Of a stretch of 64,000 bases of DNA, positions 23,955 through 36,554 are shown one piece after another. The position numbers and the translations under genes were made by a program. Where the stretch lies: assembly GCF_001194135.2 (NCBI RefSeq), contig NC_068990.1, forward strand, positions 69,305,157 to 69,369,156, written 5' to 3'. Source of the stretch: Octopus bimaculoides. Taxonomy: Eukaryota. The notes beneath the pieces are model-generated. The model did not search any database. It worked only from the letters and a program-made list of their open reading frames with translations, and had not been told where the DNA came from. Each line of letters begins with the position of its first letter. The first letter of the stretch is position 1.

Positions 23955-24075
23955 GGTACTGTTTAGCAATAGAATAAGTACTAGGCTTACAAAGAATAAG
24001 TCCTGGGGTCGATTTGTTCGACTAAAGGCGGTGCTCCAGCATGGCCGCAGTCAAATGACTGAAACAAATAAGAGA
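23955..24075 (+). mobile_element. SINE family B, 3' tail
   Basis: gcaatagaataagtactaggcttacaaagaataagtcctggggtcgatttgttcgactaaaggcggtgctccagcatggccgcag. Confidence 0.85.
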
Positions 24076-24667
24076 ATAAAAAATATATGTATGTATATAT
24101 ATGTATATGCATGTATATATATGTGTGTGTGTATGTATGTGTATATGTATATATATATATATATATNNNNNNNNNNNNNNNNNNNNNNNNNNNNNNNNNN
24201 NNNNNNNNNNNNNNNNNNNNNNNNNNNNNNNNNNNNNNNNNNNNNNNNNNNNNNNNNNNNNNNNNNNNNNNNNNNNNNNNNNNNNNNNNNNNNNNNNNNN
24301 NNNNNNNNNNNNNNNNNNNNNNNNNNNNNNNNNNNNNNNNNNNNNNNNNNNNNNNNNNNNNNNNNNNNNNNNNNNNNNNNNNNNNNNNNNNNNNNNNNNN
24401 NNNNNNNNNNNNNNNNNNNNNNNNNNNNNNNNNNNNNNNNNNNNNNNNNNNNNNNNNNNNNNNNNNNNNNNNNNNNNNNNNNNNNNNNNNNNNNNNNNNN
24501 NNNNNNNNNNNNNNNNNNNNNNNNNNNNNNNNNNNNNNNNNNNNGAATGTTTCATTTAAAAATTTTTATGCATGTATATATATATACAATTAAACCTTGG
24601 GAGAGGCATTATGCCGGTAATAAACACACGCACTGGTTCAGTCCTTTATTAATTTATATAGTTTTTT

Positions 24668-24708
24668 GTTAAATTATTTCATTGCACTCTTGCAATCTCT
24701 TCAGTAAC
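24668..24708 (-). ncRNA. Minimal type I hammerhead ribozyme
   Basis: Minus strand GTTA-CTGAAGA-G-ATTGCA-AGAG-TGCAAT-GAAA-TAA-TT-TAAC: 6-bp helix II, 4-bp helix I, 3-nt helix III loop. Confidence 0.65.
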
Positions 24709-24741
24709 TTGTCTCTCCATTTATTTTGAAATGCACATACG

Positions 24742-24778
<37 letters not shown>

Positions 24779-24801
24779 TATTTGCGTGTAAGTGTATACA
24801 T

Positions 24802-24856
<55 letters not shown>

Positions 24857-25150
24857 TGAATAAATTCGCTCTCAAAAGCAAGTTTTGTTTGATTTAACTT
24901 GTCTTATTAGAATTAAGTCAGTGGTGAGGATGGTCCGGAAAATACAGGAATAGGCTCCGCGATTTAGGACAATCGTATAAGGATCCCCTGGCAAAATAGT
25001 TTTGGAGTCACTGATGTAAAGCCAGCCGATGTAGACTGCACAGTTTCGGTGTTTTTGTTTCGAAGGATATCAACGGGATATATCTGTTTTGCATCCCACG
25101 TATTGTCTTTGATCAAAAGACCGTACCGCTATCCTAGAGTTTATTATTTA

Positions 25151-25365
25151 TGGCGGCGAGCTGGCAGAAACGTTAGCACGCCGGGCGAAATGCTTACCGG
25201 TATTTCGTCTTATCTTTACGTTCTGAGTTCAAATTCCGCCGAGGTCGACTTTGCCTTTCATCCTTTCGGGGTCGCTAAATTAAGTACCAGTTGCGTACTG
25301 GAGTCGATCTAATCGACTGGTCCCCTTCCCCAAAATTGCGGGCCTTGTGCCTAGAGTAGAAAAAA
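25151..25365 (+). mobile_element. SINE family A, full length and little diverged
   Basis: tggcggcgagctggcagaaacgttagcacgccgggcgaaatgc... with CpGs intact; an inverted, more diverged copy lies at 25690-25885. Confidence 0.9.
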
Positions 25366-27017
25366 ATAGAATCTATTATTTATTAATGCTTAGCTCTGAG
25401 GGAAACGCAGTGTGCATGGTTGTTTATAAGTTTTCTGAACCCATTGATGGTAAGAAAGAAGTACCCTCAAACTAGAAAACTAGAATCCTCGCCTGAAAGC
25501 ATCCAGTGGAGGAGACTCTGCTAGGGTCACTAGAGAACGAGTTGGTGGTGCTGAACTAATCGACAGATTAAACCCCTTTTTGTTTTTTTTTCTCAGGGCT
25601 CATAGTGCCAATAACCCGGTTTTGTATGTATGATGTATGTATACAACATTATCCCTGACAGGATACCGGTTCGTTACAGGGTTCAAGGCCTGCAGTTTAC
25701 AAAAGTGGGAACAAGTCGATTGCATTGACCCCAGTGCTTGACTGGTACCTTATTTTATCGACCCCGAAGTAATGAAAGACAAATTTGAAATCGGCTACAA
25801 TTGAACTCAGCGGGTGAAAAACTGGAAGAAATGCCGCTAAGCACTTTGTCCGACATGCTAACGATTCTACCAGCTCGCCACCTTAAATTACGTCTACCAC
25901 CTACGTAAACCACGGTGGGGTTTGAACCCCGTGTGTGTTTCTACCGGTGTGTGAAGAATCAGAACACACACCGCAAAGCATCTCGTCCGGCCGATTCCCT
26001 CAATTCTCCCGCAACGCCGATATACTTATTTATCGACCTCGCTGTTTTCAGTTGTCTTGAGACCTACCCGAAATCCCTGACAGTCCTAAAAGTATTTTCT
26101 GATTCTAAAAATAATCAAATTCTTTGGGTTAGAATAGTGGGTCAGATCGTAAAAATTTAGGGAACGAGGAAACGGTACGGCACGATCTTCGAAATCTGTA
26201 ATGTTTAACATTTTAGCGTTGTTAAATTATTATCTGATTATCGTATCAGAAATCTGGGATGGAAAAGATAAGAGATGTGAAGCGCTATGTTGTTGTCATT
26301 GGCGAAGAGGATAGCTAATAGTGAACCACGGGTCGTTAGGAACAGAGAGGAGGAGGGAGATAAAAAGGGGTGTCTCAGAGAAATGATAGTGTAGTCAGTC
26401 AGTCATTCGGGGAATGGTTCGTGCCTGCAAACACACACACACACACAATCACACCCACGTACGCACGCGTACATGTCTGTTGGGACGGATGCTTGGTGCG
26501 TTTGCACTTGTGCGTAAATATGTAAGTAAATTATGCAATATATAATTACATTTGTTAGGAGCCTTTCGATGAAGGAAAAACATGGTTCGTTTCTGTGTAA
26601 TAAAGTGAGTCAGGAAAATTTTGGCTTGATTTAATTCTTTACTTCAGATGTAAAGGATAGGTGAGAGAAAGGGGAGCAGAGAGAGAGGAAGAGGAGGTGA
26701 GATACGTCGGTTGAATAAAAAGATAGAGTAAAAGAAAGATAATTAATTGGACGTGGTGAGTTTATCTGCAGATCAGACGTGATCTTCCTTGAATGTAATT
26801 TTTCAGTTGATGCCGTATAAGTGCATAGCCTCGGCAATCGAACTTCTGATGCAATTAATCGAATTCGCAGAGCAGGCGATAAATTACAAAATTACAATAT
26901 ATTTGTCGTTAATAAGTAAGTCGGATTTTGGGGGAATGGCAGTTATTTATTACCTCATGGAGAAGGAAACGGCACAGAGGTGCAAAAATTTAACAAAACG
27001 GAAACTAAGAATTCTGT

Positions 27018-27410
27018 GGGCACAGGAATAGCTGTGTAGTTAAGAAGCTCGCTTTGCAACCATGTGGTTTTGGGTTCTGTCCCACTGCGCAGCACCCTGG
27101 GCAATTGCCTCTTAGTATAGTCCCAGGCTGATCAATGCCTTGTGAGTGAATTTGGTAAACGGAAATTATGTGGAAGCCCGTCGTTTATAAGTGTATGTGT
27201 GTTTGTATTTGCTTTACCCATTGCTTGACAAACTTCGTTGGTTTGTTTATGACCCCGTAACTTAACGGTTCGACAAAAGAGAACTATAGTGTAAGTTCTA
27301 TATAAGTTCTAGAAAAAGAAAGTACTGGGGTCGAATTGTTCGACTAAAACCCTTCAAGGAAGTGCCCCAGCATAGCTGCAGTCCATTGTCTGAAATAGAT
27401 AAAAGAAGTT
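27018..27410 (+). mobile_element. SINE family B, full length and diverged
   Basis: Head gggcacaggaatagctgtgtagttaagaagc through to the gaaatagataaaag tail. Confidence 0.8.
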
Positions 27411-27855
27411 AACAGAACATAGAGAATAATGATTCTCGCTACATGAAACACGGTAATAGTTAAAAAAACGCATAAAAACCCACTCAATTCCCTGTCGTTT
27501 TCTTTCTCCATGCGGTTAAAGACAGCTATTGCTATTCGACAACTCTGCTGTAAGTTATTACGATTCTGATAAATATACACGGATTATGTAATGAAACTAA
27601 ATACCAAAGCGCTTCTGTTTAATTAGTAATTTAGTGTAGACACAATATCTATGCGATGCGACTCCCACTCAAACTTTGTTTTTTAGCACTATTATCATCA
27701 GCGTTCTAATCGTTTCACTTGCTTCTTCTCATATGGTCTTTGATAATCTTTAATTAGCCACATCGATATAAACCCTATTAATGACTTTCATACACTTGGA
27801 GTTAGACATTGATTTGAATTTAGGGGCCAATAAGTTGTTATTGTTGAGAAATTCA

Positions 27856-28290
27856 TACGGCAATGAGCTAGCAGAATTGTTATCGCACCGGACAAAACGC
27901 TTAGTGTTATTTCGTCCGTCTTGACGTTTAGGGTTCAAATTTCGCCGAGGTCGACTTTGCCTTTCATCCTTTCGGGGTCGATGAAATATGTACTACCTGA
28001 GTACTGGGATCGATGTAATCGACGAACTCCGCCTCTCTTTAAAGTTGCTGGTCTTCTGCTTAAATCAAAAACCATTAGGACGTTGGGCTGGTCGGAGCGC
28101 CGGACAAAATGCCTTACATTATGTGAATCAGCTCTTTACGTTCTAGTTTCAAATCCCGCCGAGGTCTGCTAAAACTTTCATTCCTCTGGGGTAAAAAAAT
28201 AGTAAAGTGCCAGTCAAGTATTAGAGTTAATGTAATCAACTGAACCCCTTTCCCTCAAAATATCTGTCCCTGTGCCTAAATCAGAAAGAA
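27856..28290 (+). mobile_element. Two tandem family A SINE copies
   Basis: Heads at ~27856 and ~28075, each with a B-box and the central domain. Further diverged copies at ~28600-28810(-), 30780-30965(-) and 32480-32630(-). Confidence 0.75.
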
Positions 28291-28898
28291 TTATTATGTT
28301 CAAAGAAAAATGTGGATTAAAGAAACTGTAATTGGGTCCAAGACAGACAGTGATTGTTTCTAAAGTAAAGAAAGAGTAAGTCGTTTATGCTGATACCCAG
28401 CAGTTGACTGGTATTTCATTCTATTGACCCTGGAGGAATGAAAATTGTTTGACTTATTCTCTCCTCTTCCTCCGCCTATACAGTTTTTCACTATTCTTCG
28501 ATATTGACCTCGACAGGATTAGAAAGAACTCAAAGCATAAAGAATCGGAACAACTCCTGCTCTGAATCACCCGTTCTAATATACTCGATAATTGCTTCTA
28601 ATTTAGGCACAAGGCTAACAATTTTGAGGGCAGGGAACAGTCGGTACCAGCAACCCAGTACTTGAATGGTAGTTTATTTCATCAACCTCGAAAGTAGGAA
28701 AAACAAGTTGACGCTAATAGGATTTGAAGTGAGAGTATAAAGAGCCGGAACAAATATCACAAAGCATTTTGTTCGACGATGTAACGATTCTGTCAATTTC
28801 CTACTTAAATATAATCGTCAATGAAAACAAACTATATATACAATTTTGGTTCAAAATTGTCTTTCTCTATATATTTTCTCTAGAACGAAATTGCATTT

Positions 28899-29444
28899 AC
28901 TAGCGGGACCCGTGAATATTTCACGGAATTAATGGTAAACTTATTGAGTTATTTCTGAAAACTTTATTCAAAAAAACCTGAACGTAGCCTACTTGTGTTG
29001 TGTCTGTATCGAAAGATAGTCGCTCATCTGCTAATCATTGAAAAGTGAGGGATGTAGCCGACATATTTGTATTACCTTCCGGAAGTGAAGTATTCTGAAT
29101 GTAGCGGACTAACTAAAATACAATGATTACTTAATGCACTTTTTGCATACACTTTATATACTTTATGGACTATTTTATAGACTCTAATACACACCACTCT
29201 CCCTCTTTCTCTCTTACTCTCCGCCTTACCCTCTTTTTCTCTGTCCTTTTTCTTTCGCTCTTCGCCTTTCCCTTCAACTTATCACGTGAAAGCGTTACAG
29301 ATGGGCTATGTAACGGAAAAAATATTTAAAAGCAAAAAATTACACATTTCACGCTCCTCTACCTGCCCTCCCCCTTCAATTAATCACGTGGAAGCATTAT
29401 GGACGGGCTAAGTAAAGGGGTGACAAGCAGAATTATTATAAGAT
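28899..29444 (+). mobile_element. Helentron/Helitron-type non-autonomous element
   Basis: Starts TT|ACTAGCGGGACCCGTGAATATTTCACGG (hairpin CCGTGA..TCACGG), ends TTATTATAAGAT|T. A related 5' hairpin occurs in reverse at ~18485-18512. Confidence 0.55.
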
Positions 29445-31524
29445 TAGAAAAAATCATTTCCACAAATTAAAAAACAAAATAAAGATACTTTCAGATTTGA
29501 ACTTTGTTTCATTGATCGGAATGATAACAGTTAAGTGAAAATATTTGGCTCTTTTACCATTGGTTGTTTGTAAACATCAAGTTACTGACTGATTGTCATT
29601 TTAACTGATCGTGGAAACGGAAGCTTTCAGAAATCACTTTATTCAGATCGAATTGAATCAATGGCCAACTTTTATGCTACATTATTTTTTTTTTTTTTAG
29701 TCAAAATCGAAAAAATGCAGCAATTAACCAATCAAATCTGTATAAATGTGATGCTAAAAGGTTTGGTGTTTTAAAAAAATTATGTAAATACCTTTTGTTT
29801 CAATTCCAATACCATATTCTATTTTAGATCATAAGGATTTTAGTAACCGTTATAAACTTTAGATGTAGCCGACATATTTGTATTACCTTCCGGAAGTGAA
29901 GTATTCTGAATGTAGCGGACTAACTAAAAATGGAGGCTTGTAAAAAATTAAATCATCATGGATGAAACTCATCCGGAGAACTTATTGCTAATAAATGTAT
30001 TCACTTTACTCAGACGGACATCAAGTACCCAGTTGGACTATTGTCTTCCGGTTCCAATAACCGGAGTTCAATATGTACAGTTTATTATCTCGTTTATGGT
30101 AAAGCATCACTACTAGCGTGGTGTGCCCCAGTGGCCAGTTATTTTAAGGGAGATAATCATTTCTAGATAAGTCTTGGCAGGACTGGAAGTTTGGATTTTA
30201 AATCGAAGAACAAGGAAGAAGATGCATAGAGTAGACATATTTATTTACTTTTGCTTAGTCGTTAAAAATGTCTTAAAATGTTTGCTCTTCGGTAATCATG
30301 TGTAACGCCATTTCATTCTTATTGAAAATCGTCAGCATGACATAACCCGAGGTAAATACATTAAATTTATCAGGCAGCTTTTATTTATTTATTTATTTAT
30401 TTTTTAGAGGAATTTGTATTGATGAGAATAGCGGGTTTCTTGTGTCTTATAAGTATACTTTTAAAGTTACCCATCATATGACGAGTAACACTCTTATGCA
30501 TGCATGTATACATGGATGAATGGATGGATGGACGGACGGATGGATGGGTGGATGGTACCTCCATCGATGAAGAGTGGCAGTACATCTGTTCATCTAGCTT
30601 AGGTTGTTGTTTTTTTGTTTGTTTTTTGCAAGATAGTCTGACAGTTGCCCATGCGTACAAGTTTACCCTCTCCATTACAATGTTTATCCTAGGGAAAGGC
30701 CACCAACTTACACTGTTACAACTTGGTGCCAGCGCAGTTGTTACTGTCAGATTGCAAAATAACTGAAACAGATACTGCAAGGCATCTCGACCCCTACCCT
30801 ACTTCTTGTGATTCCTCCAACTCACTGCTTTGAAGTGGTCCTCTTTATCGATCTCAAAAGAAAGAGAAAAGAAGTTAGCCCCACGGGATTTGAACTCCGT
30901 ATCCAAAAATTCAGAGAAAATACTGTGAAACATTCCATCGGACTTTCTAACGACTCTGCCAGCCTGTTGCGGTCAGCTTTGCTTGCTTTATTAAACTAAT
31001 TAACACACATGTTAGATTGGTGTTAGCTGAACAGGCGAAAACAGAATTTCTGAGTCAGTCTAGAATCGTCAAATAACCCTTAATGAGGAGTAGGTGTGAC
31101 CATTTAATTTTGAATTAAGCTATTAAATGATCACAAGAATTAAACTTGCCACTATAAATATACAAATATGCATCCTGGTGGCATACATCAGGAAGGTGAC
31201 CATCCCTATGAGTACATTCTGCCATGACCGCCGATTAATGAGGCTTTTAAATACATCAAATAGCAAGACAATATTATTCAAGACTTTCTGGCATGTTTCT
31301 GTGGTATTTCACAAAACGGTATTCACACAGTTTGAGCTAGTTCTTCTTAACTTAAGTTTGTAGCATAGGAATTTAATTTGAGACTGAGCCATTCAGGATC
31401 CAAATTGAGCCAAGGAACATACTATTATATTAGCTCTTTTGGCTAACAACTTACTGGTGCAAGTGCTACCTGTTGAAGATTCAGTATACCGGATGCTAGC
31501 AAGCTTATGGGATCATCAAGAGAT

Positions 31525-31700
31525 AATCTATGCCGTTTCAGGGCCTTCCTCTCGACAGTATTATCGCACACCAGCTCCCTTCACTGATATGAGGCCCCGC
31601 TTGCGAGATCAACTGGTTTCTAGGTTTCGCTCAATACTCATCTAGCCATTGCTCATCGTCTCAAACCCGGTGGCTTGCCTTTTCCACTGTATTTTCGCAT
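31525..31700 (-). mobile_element. Second Hero-type 3' end fragment
   Basis: Aligns with 140-320; the minus frame VEKASHRV*DDEQWLDEY* parallels LEEASHWVWLKRDNEQRLREY*. Confidence 0.7.
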
Positions 31701-33338
31701 TTGTATAGGCTGTGCAGTTAACGACATCATTAATAAGTGTCTTTTACTATAACCTCAGACAATGCCTTGAGAGTGAATTTGGTTAATGGAAACTACATGG
31801 GAGCCCGCCGTATGTAAACCACACACACATATGTGTGTGTGTATCTGTGTTTGTCCTCTCCAACGTCATATGACAACCATCAGTCTTGTATGCGTCTAGC
31901 CTCCTCAATTTTACATTAATCATTAACCCCACTCCTTTCTCACCTGAATATCATCCCTGTGGAATCTGCTCCCTACTCATGTCTTTCTTGCAAGTATTTA
32001 CCCAAAACACTTTAAGTGGAACCTTATCAGTATAAAGCACATCAGGTCTCGGAGGGCCTGAAAAGGTCATGGGCTCTGCCCCTCCATCTAAACTCAACGA
32101 CTAAAAACACTTGATTCTTATATATTCGATGGTCTTTGTATATATTTAGTTTCTTTGATGTTTAATCTTATCAACACTCAGTGGTCATTATCTTCTATTA
32201 GAGATGACATGGGTACCTCCACTTTGATAGTCCCTCTCCTAGGTGCAGGTCTGGGCAAAATTCTGTGGTGTTTGGAGAAGACCAGCAGTTAACCATTCGC
32301 ATACATGTCCCCTTCTTCAAGCCACAGGTGTTGATCAAGTTGCCCAAGTGAAAGGCAGCAATTATACAGTTTGGAACCAGTTCCGCCCCAGTCCAGACGT
32401 TGCTGTCAGAACTCAAAGAGATGAAACATATATTGCAAGGAATCCTAGCTGATGATCTACCAATTCCACCAATTCACTGCCCTCCAATCGTACTTTATTT
32501 ATCGACCTCGGAATAGATGAAAAGTAAAATTAGCCTCTATAGGATTTGAACTTAGACCTGAAAGCATTGGAGTAAATACCGCAAAGCATTCTATCCGATG
32601 CTCTAACGACTCTGTCAAATTCGCCACTTCATACTGCAGTATCATTAGCTAATTAGTTCTGCTCACTTAATTGTTGGTCTGTGAATATGAAGAAACATTT
32701 GTTGCTTTTGTCACGTGATCGACTGTGTCTGTATAAATCAGAGTTTGGTAAAGTAGTCAACATTGACCCCGAGGTCGATTGACATCTGAAACGATTTAGC
32801 TCTTTAAGTGCACTGAATTATTCACGAACTGAATCTGGAAGAGCGTGGATAATTTAAGGCTAAAACTCATTAATTTCCCGCCAAACATCGATGCAATATT
32901 AACTAGTATTCACCAAATCTATAATTCATATTACATATCAATAAAATATGACTGAATTTTTATAGTGTTTTTTTTTTTTATCAATTTCGTTAGAACAACT
33001 ACCATTTCTAGGAGACAGGTGTACCAGTACTGAGGATAGGTGAGACCCTAAAACCAACTGGTCTATTAGTCTTGTCGCCGCTAGATGGGAGTTGTTCGCT
33101 CCATTGTTTGCCATATATTGGACACAGATATTGTGTGGATACAAAATTAGGCGTTTCATCTTATTATATGTATAGCTACTTTGGAGTAGAAAACCCACTG
33201 ACTCACTAGCTACGATGTTGACTAATCATCAGATCTTGTTAGGCAGGATAGCTAACCCGAACATATCGATCACGAACAAATTACATCACGTTTATGATCT
33301 TGTCTTAAATTCGTATATATATTGCATATCTATATGTG

Positions 33339-33427
<89 letters not shown>

Positions 33428-33639
33428 NNNNNNNNNNNNNNNNNNNNNNNNNNNNNNNNNNNNNAATACTAGCTTACGTACCCAGTAATTCCCGAGAACG
33501 CGGGGCTTATCCCTTGGTGACGTTCTAATAATTGCTTCGCTAATCCAGTAACAACACAAAGCATGTAGCCCTTAAAACGGTTTTTGTGCATTTATTGACA
33601 ATACCGATCTGTCTTACACAGGATTTTGTTTTTAAGAAT

Positions 33640-33935
33640 TCAAATAAAGGAGAGTTTCTATATCTTCTGGAACCATTCCAAGTTACTTCATAGTAGTCCT
33701 TATGCCGTCCTTAAACTTTCTTTTAGGTTTACATCGATAGCGTTTCCCCTCTGCAAGCTCACCATAAAACAGTTGCTTCGGCATGCGTTAATCTACTATT
33801 CGAACAATATGGCCACACCATCTCAATTGATACCTCAAAATCATTGCTTTAATTTAGGTGATGCGATGAAGGCATTTTTGGTGGAATTGTTCTAACAATT
33901 TAAAATGCCTTTCATAACAAGTCCAAGTTTCAATT
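33640..33935 (-). mobile_element. RTE-clade LINE fragment (C-terminal region after RT)
   Basis: Minus strand ETWTCYERHFKLLEQFHQKCLHRI...ILRYQLRWCGHIVRIVD*RMPKQLFYGELAEGKRYRCKPKRKFKD, the typical RTE/BovB-like ending. Confidence 0.85.
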
Positions 33936-34381
33936 TGGTGCTAGTTTTTCAACGGTTACCAAGCACAACGAATCGAGCAAAGTTTTTAATCCTAGGTATA
34001 TAGTGAGACCTGCTGATGAGAATTAAGAGTGGCAAACTCTCCAAATTTGAAATCAGTTGATCCAGAGATATCTATTTCTTCATTCTGCGGCTTTCTGCCG
34101 AGATGGTAAGTTAATTTCTTTGGTCGTAGCCCGATTTGTGTTGCGCTTATTATTTTTCCAGTGATTGGTGGTTTTCTGAGAGGATTTTTCGACTCTGATT
34201 TTCACAACAATGCTGGCACCGCGTATGATCTGTTATAATTATAAATTAATTATAAAATTTTGGATTTGCTGTTTATCGGCTTTTGCTTATATTATATTTG
34301 TTATTATTCATTTTATTAATGATAATAATTAATAATATCTATATAAATATTTGCGAATATTTATTCGTTTAGTATATGATG

Positions 34382-34438
<57 letters not shown>

Positions 34439-34582
34439 TTGTGTATAGCGCTCAGGTGCACTACAACTTATCAATGGTGCATGTACTGTACATAGAATTA
34501 TGTACAAACGTCAGGAAAGTGAAAAGTGTATGAATCATGATATTCATGATGCGTGGAAGTGGGGCATGAGGTGTAGGATATA

Positions 34583-34665
<83 letters not shown>

Positions 34666-34769
34666 GTGTGTGTGTGTGTGTGTATGTATATATGTGTGTG
34701 TGTGCGTGCATGTGTGTGTGTATGTATGTATATATGTATGTATATGTATGAATGTATATATATGTGTGT

Positions 34770-35025
34770 GTGTGTGTAATCGTTAGAACGTCGGGCAAAA
34801 ATGCCTTGTAGTATTGCTTCCAGCTCTTTATATTGAGAGTTCAAATCCATCCGCGGTCAACTTGGCATTTCGTCCTTTTGGAGGTCGATAAAATAATGTA
34901 CCAGTCAAGTACTGGGGTCGATTATATCGATTAAATTCATCCCTATACGTCTGCTGGCCCTGTGCCAAAATTTTGTTGTCATAAAGGAGCTGGCAGAAAC
35001 GTTAGCACGCCGGGCGAAATGCTTA
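34770..35025 (+). mobile_element. SINE family A copy plus the head of a second copy running into a gap
   Basis: gttcaaatccatccgcggtcaacttggcatttcgtcctttggaggtcgataa; ggagctggcagaaacgttagcacgccgggcg at ~34985. Confidence 0.75.
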
Positions 35026-35545
35026 NNNNNNNNNNNNNNNNNNNNNNNNNNNNNNNNNNNNNNNNNNNNNNNNNNNNNNNNNNNNNNNNNNNNNNNNNNN
35101 NNNNNNNNNNNNNNNNNNNNNNNNNNNNNNNNNNNNNNNNNNNNNNNNNNNNNNNNNNNNNNNNNNNNNNNNNNNNNNNNNNNNNNNNNNNNNNNNNNNN
35201 NNNNNNNNNNNNNNNNNNNNNNNNNNNNNNNNNNNNNNNNNNNNNNNNNNNNNNNNNNNNNNNNNNNNNNNNNNNNNNNNNNNNNNNNNNNNNNNNNNNN
35301 NNNNNNNNNNNNNNNNNNNNNNNNNNNNNNNNNNNNNNNNNNNNNNNNNNNNNNNNNNNNNNNNNNNNNNNNNNNNNNNNNNNNNNNNNNNNNNNNNNNN
35401 NNNNNNNNNNNNNNNNNNNNNNNNNNNNNNNNNNNNNNNNNNNNNNNNNNNNNNNNNNNNNNNNNNNNNNNNNNNNNNNNNNNNNNNNNNNNNNNNNNNN
35501 NNNNNNNNNNNNNNNNNNNNNNNNNNNNNNNNNNNNNNNNNNNNN

Positions 35546-35577
<32 letters not shown>

Positions 35578-35603
35578 CATACATACATACATACATACAT
35601 ACA

Positions 35604-35634
<31 letters not shown>

Positions 35635-36179
35635 GTGTGTGTGTGTACAGGCAGAAACATTATGTCCGCTTAAAAAGATTTTAAGCATTAAATTCCTTTG
35701 AACTGACTATATTTTATCCTTTTAATTCCAGTATATCAATATTTTAAAATGCTTTTATTCTAAGAACCGGAAAATTTGTTTTTTGTAACTAAGCAAAAAA
35801 GAGAAACATGAAAAATATAATAAAAACCACTAAATAGAATTATACATTGTACGAAACATTTTCTCTTCATCTTTCTCAATCGGTCTAAAGTCAGCTCAGG
35901 ACTCGGTGTACTATTCTCCCAGTAACATTACTTTAACCCAGTCATTCGTAATGGCAGCCATATTGACTGCTTGGGAGGCATATTCGAACGGATCTAGAGA
36001 CTATCGTTTTGTATTGCAAAGATGAAGTTCATTGGGGGATAGGTGGAGTAGAAACCCGAGGAAAGTTCCCGAGAAAGCCATGGCCCCCAAAACGGCTGGG
36101 AACAGCTGCTTTAAAATATTATGTATGCTTTCATATGTACGTACGTTTGACTATTTATTTTATCTCATACATACATACA

Positions 36180-36212
<33 letters not shown>

Positions 36213-36554
36213 GTGTGCATGTATGTGTGTGTACAAAAGAATGACAGTGTGAATTAGTGTATCTGTATTTTTCATATTCTCTTTGTTTGTTTGTTTCTTT
36301 CTTCGATTCTTCAGAATTACTTGTGAAAAATGCTCATACGCATCAATATCAATCCTTGGACAGAAAGATCAGAAATGAAACAAAAATTAAATATATCTAG
36401 GTCAAATGACTCTTACACTGTGTGTGTATTTTTATTTAATTCTGATTCTTCCAGTGGAGTAATTGACCTAAAATTCAAATTTATTCCTATATGGTCGTAT
36501 GGCTGTGTTAGTATATTTTAGCTAAATATTTTAACTATAAGATCATCGCGAACG

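Noticed and set aside
26770-26790. 5S rRNA-like stretch (gcagatcagacgtgatc)
   Set aside because: Only about 15 bp of similarity, with no flanking 5S structure.
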